From positions 11,439,899 through 11,492,329 of the forward strand of contig NC_069007.1 of the NCBI RefSeq assembly GCF_001194135.2: a DNA stretch of 52,431 nucleotides. Direction: 5' to 3'. Under the pieces are notes generated by a model. The model had not been told where the DNA came from and did not search any database. It was given only the letters and a program-made list of their open reading frames with translations. Source of the stretch: Octopus bimaculoides. Its lineage: Eukaryota. The translations under genes and the position numbers were made by a program. The number at the start of each line of letters is the position of its first letter. Position 1 is the stretch's first letter. Shown piece by piece: positions 48,700-52,431 of this stretch.

Positions 48700-48965
48700 A
48701 TCTAATCATCCAAGGATAACCAAGATGTCTTGCTTGCCTCATCTTGCTCTCTGCACACCACAAAACGTTGTTGTAATGGCCTTCCCCTCTGAGGAATCAT
48801 AGAGATTTCTTCTACAGAGTTCACTGAATCCAGTCTTCTCATGCACAGGTACGCAAGCCTTAATATGTTAATTAAACCATAACTGGGACCTTGATAAGGG
48901 TTACTTCTCTGTGTTCGAGTAACAGACATGAGAACAATATTGGCAACTTGGGTATGTACCTTCTA
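48700..48965 (-). pseudogene. Decayed RTE 3' remnant
   Basis: RC has tgtgcatgagaagactgg (17/18 identical to the RTE copy near 29730) and encodes LCMRRL...MIPQ.RGRP. Confidence 0.4.
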
Positions 48966-48974
48966 CTGCCTTAG

Positions 48975-49605
48975 CTGATACATTGGTTGTGAGTGACTTC
49001 GGTAGACAGAAACTGGAAGAACCTGTTTTGTGTGTGTGTGTGGTTTGGCAAAAGAGAGCGATAGAATAAGCTCCAGACTTTAAAAAAAGAACCTAGTGGC
49101 TGTGTGGTAAGAAGCTTGCTTCCCAACCGCATGGGTCCGGGTACAGTCCCACTGTGTGGCACATTGGGCAGGTATCTTCTACTATAGCCTAGGGCCAACC
49201 AAAACCTTGTAAGTAGATTTGGTAGACAGAAACTGAAAGAAGCCTGTCATATATATATATGTGTGTGTGTGTGTGTATATATGTATGTATGTATGTATTT
49301 GTGTGTCTGTTTGTCCTCCCACCATCACTTGACAACCGTTGTTAGTGTGTTTACACCCCTGTAACTAAGCAGTTCAGCAAAAGAGACCAATAGAATAAGT
49401 ACTAGGCTTACAAAAAACAAGTCCTGGAGTTGATTTATTCAACTAAAGGCAGTGCCCCAGCATGGCTGCAGTCAAATGACTGAAACAAGTACAAGAATAA
49501 AACAATATGTACTGGAATTGATTCGTTTGGCTAAAATTCTTCTAGGCAGTGCCCCAGCATGACCGCAGTCTGATGACTGAAGCCAAACAGAGAAAAAAGC
49601 TAAAA
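48975..49605 (+). mobile_element. SINE family A cluster: truncated copy, full composite (49097-49500), duplicated tail end
   Basis: Family A motifs; ggcagtgccccagcatg occurs twice (about 49448 and 49545). Confidence 0.85.
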
Positions 49606-49621
49606 ATAGATAGCCCCAGAC

Positions 49622-49927
49622 CATGGGTATCCAACGAAGGTCCACATGGACCCCACAGGGTTCCACAAAAGCTTTAAGGGTAAAAAATTATAATTTGTGG
49701 GTCTATATATAAATTTTGTTTGCTGGGACGGGTATCTGTATTTATTGAAATTTTCACAATTTGTATTTGGAATTTATGTTATAAATATAACGAAATTGTT
49801 TCATTGTTAGTTTTTACTAACCTACAAGCAAATATTTTATTTCAAAAATTTATATGTACATCTATGGGGGCCAAAGATAAGATAGCTTTCAGGAGGTCCA
49901 CAAACAAAATAAGGTTGAGAACCCCTG
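49622..49927. mobile_element. hAT (Charlie-like) MITE
   Basis: Ends catgggtatccaac / gttgagaacccctg; flanking 8-mers ccccagac and ctctagac (6/8) fit a decayed NTCTAGAN-type TSD. Confidence 0.65.
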
Positions 49928-50360
49928 CTCTAGACAGATAATATTATTATCAGTCCCACATATATTGTGGGACAGCTGTGTTAACCAAGTAGACCACTCC
50001 AAAATGTAAAATTCGTTATCCATTTTGTGCCAGACAGGTACATCTCTAAAATTCATATCGGGTCTAAGAAATATGGTAAATTTCCTACTGCAATCTGTTC
50101 TACATTAACATTTAGCAATTAATCACTAATATTATTTGCAATTAGTAATTCACTCAAGCAATTACTAATTAAAAGTCAATTTATATCATGTCTACTAGCA
50201 TTCTATACCTTAATCAAGCATTGCATTATCAGGACAATGCCTGTTGCTCCTGCATACATTAAACTCATCTACACACGTTAGTATGTGTGTGTGTATATAT
50301 ATATGTAGATATAGATAGATAGACAGACAGATAGATATATACATATACATATACACATAT

Positions 50361-50436
<76 letters not shown>

Positions 50437-50599
50437 ACATGTATACATATATGTGTACATGTATACATATGTGTGTGTGGATATACATGTAAACATATAT
50501 ATCCAAAGAGAAGGAGAAGGAGGGAGAGAAACAAGGCAGTGTAAATGAGCAGCATAACCACCACTGGCACCACAACATACTATCACCCAACCTTACAAT

Positions 50600-51035
50600 A
50601 CTCTACCTACCAACATAACAACACACAATCCACTAACCTCACAACACACCATTTATGAACTTCACAACACATCATCTACGAACCTCACAACACATTATTG
50701 ATCAGCCCCACAACACATCATCTGTGAATTTCACAACGCATCATCTATCAGTCTCACAACACACCCATCAACCTCACAACGCATCATTTATCAGCCTCAC
50801 AACACATTATGTATGAACCACACAATACAGCCACCACTACACACCATCTATCAACCACCTCACTATGCACCCTCTATCAACCTCACAACACATCATTTAT
50901 TCATTTATCAGCCTCCTAACACATCATCTATAAACTTCACAACACACCATACATGAACCTCACAACATACCATGTATAAACTTCACAATACCCCATATAT
51001 GAACCTCACAACGCACCATCTACCAGCTTCACTAC
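50600..51035. repeat. Degenerate ~22-25-bp tandem repeat
   Basis: Recurring aacctcacaacacatcatctat-like unit, about 18 copies. Confidence 0.8.
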
Positions 51036-51329
51036 ACCCATGACCAACCCCTGTCAGCATGGAAAACGGGCATTAAATGATGATAGTGATGATGAGGTTG
51101 TTCTACAAAACTAGTAGCAGGAAGGTCGGGCCGTTACCTTCAATCCTGACCCCAATATTTACCCCAGGGTGGATCCTGTTAAAGATCCACCCTTATGAAA
51201 AAAGACCGGATGAGGTTGTTAATCTGGGTGACTGAACAAGATGGTGAAGGTGGGGAACAAATACCACAAGGCATGTTGTGTTATATGGCAGTGAGTGAGA
51301 GGGGGGAGTAGTTTTTAGCAGAAGTAGAT

Positions 51330-51900
51330 GCAATGACGGTAGGGATTATAGCTGCACTGGCCTTCCTAGCTGTAATGGTTTCAGTGGTGGTGGTGTTAGT
51401 TGTGGTAGTGGTGGTGGTTGTTGTGGGGGTGGCAACAGTTGTAGTAGAAGTGATAAGAAGAGGAGCACTGATTGTAGAATAGATGCAAGAACCAGTGGTG
51501 GTGGTGGTAGTAGTTGCAGTTGTAATTGTAGTATTGGCACTGGTATGGTCTGGTGGTGTCCAGGGTTTTTATTAGGTGTGGAGATATGAAGAGCAATGGT
51601 GGTAGTGGTGGTGGTGGTGGTTGTAGTGGTTAAGTCAGATGCTGCAGTGTTGTTAATTGTGTTGGATTGTTGGGATGCCATGTTTTGACAGACACACAGA
51701 CATTTGAGCTGAGACGTGCCATTTTGTAATTAAAAGGAGAAGCAATTGTCCAAGTGGAGGGGATAGGGGGAAGAAGTTAGCCATAAAATTAATATTATCA
51801 TCATTATTATTATCATTATCATCATTATTATTATTATCATTATTATTATTATTATTATTATTATTTTTATTATATATTCTTAAATAATGCGATGGTGAGG
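51330..51900. repeat. Degenerate GGT/GTA and (ATT/ATC)n trinucleotide arrays
   Basis: Directly visible. Confidence 0.8.
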
Positions 51901-52004
51901 CTGAGGATGGAAGTGGTGGTGTTAATGGTTCTGAAGGAGAAGAAGAATACAATGGCTGAGTGAAGAATGAAGAATTTTCCGCCAGTCTTGGCAACAAGAA
52001 TTCC

Positions 52005-52320
52005 TACTGTTTGATCAACTAAACTACCATGTTAAATTAACATGTAAGTGGCTGAATATTCCACAACCGCATGTATCTTTAACAATTCATCAGCAGCCAA
52101 ATCAGTTTGACACAGGTGTATGACAATGCTGGTCTTTAGAATTCCAGTTACAATCCATTCAACAGGCTTCCACACAGTTTCCACCTGCCCAATTTCAGTC
52201 ACAGATCTTTGGTCAATTCAAGGCTATGGCAAATAACACCAACCAGTGGGATTGAGCGCAAGATTTTGGGATTATGAATGAACTTCTGGCCATGTGACTA
52301 TGCCCACATTTACAGTGCGG
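52005..52320 (-). mobile_element. Decayed SINE C and SINE A fragments
   Basis: aaattaacatgtaagtggctgaatattccac (family C); aggcttcc..cagtttccacctgcccaattt...aaggctat (family A). Confidence 0.5.
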
Positions 52321-52431
52321 AATATAATATATGAGGTGTGTGTGTGAGGGGTGTATGTACATATATACATATGCATGTGTGTACATACTTATATACATGC
52401 ATGTATATATATTATATATATATATATATAT

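Noticed and set aside
48825-48855. Plus-strand micro-exon candidate (ttcttctacag|...CAG|gtacgc, SSLNPVFSCT)
   Set aside because: It lies antisense within a decayed RTE remnant and the donor is mediocre.
43758-51035. CRISPR-like arrays or prokaryotic systems suggested by the short tandem repeats
   Set aside because: The repeats have no unique spacers, there are no cas-like or operon-like ORFs, and the sequence is clearly eukaryotic.
51197-51566. Thr-rich mucin-like open frame on the minus strand
   Set aside because: It is a degenerate ACC/ACT trinucleotide array with no splice signals or start; similar arrays recur at 44010 and 46530.
82-52398. Most listed ORFs ([12 protein letters not shown], poly-X, poly-V/S/T)
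   Set aside because: They are translations of dinucleotide/trinucleotide repeats, SINEs or N gaps (306-315, 1881-2387, 11903-12037, 14300-14782, 16499-17046, 18316-19062, 24200-25061, 28849-29456, 37103-37214, 39680-40317, 43658-43757).

Overview
This is eukaryotic, AT-rich, repeat-dominated DNA with 11 assembly gaps and dense (TA)n/(CA)n/trinucleotide arrays. The SINE families and microsatellite load look like an Octopus (coleoid cephalopod) draft scaffold; this is recognition from memory, not a search result. Nearly all ORFs in the supplied track are artefacts of microsatellites, N-runs or SINEs. I find one credible protein-coding exon (+, 42986-43106, unidentified gene) and one weak minus-strand candidate (8536-8682). 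The rest is decayed mobile DNA: a Penelope-like element (PLE) with a GIY-YIG domain, three R4/Dong-type RLE retrotransposon fragments, RTE and CR1/L2-like LINE remnants, Tc1/mariner, pogo, hAT and piggyBac-like pieces, a Helentron-type element, and many SINE copies (working names A-D). The most interesting signal is a set of minimal type I hammerhead ribozyme motifs (4723, 6001, 6333, 25345, 41347, 41860). The best case is a ~470-bp foldback at 5945-6415 with a tRNA-like Pol III head at its apex and a hammerhead motif in each arm, which suggests a tRNA-headed SINE mobilised by Penelope-type machinery. SINE and remnant boundaries are read by eye and approximate (about +/-10-20 bp).
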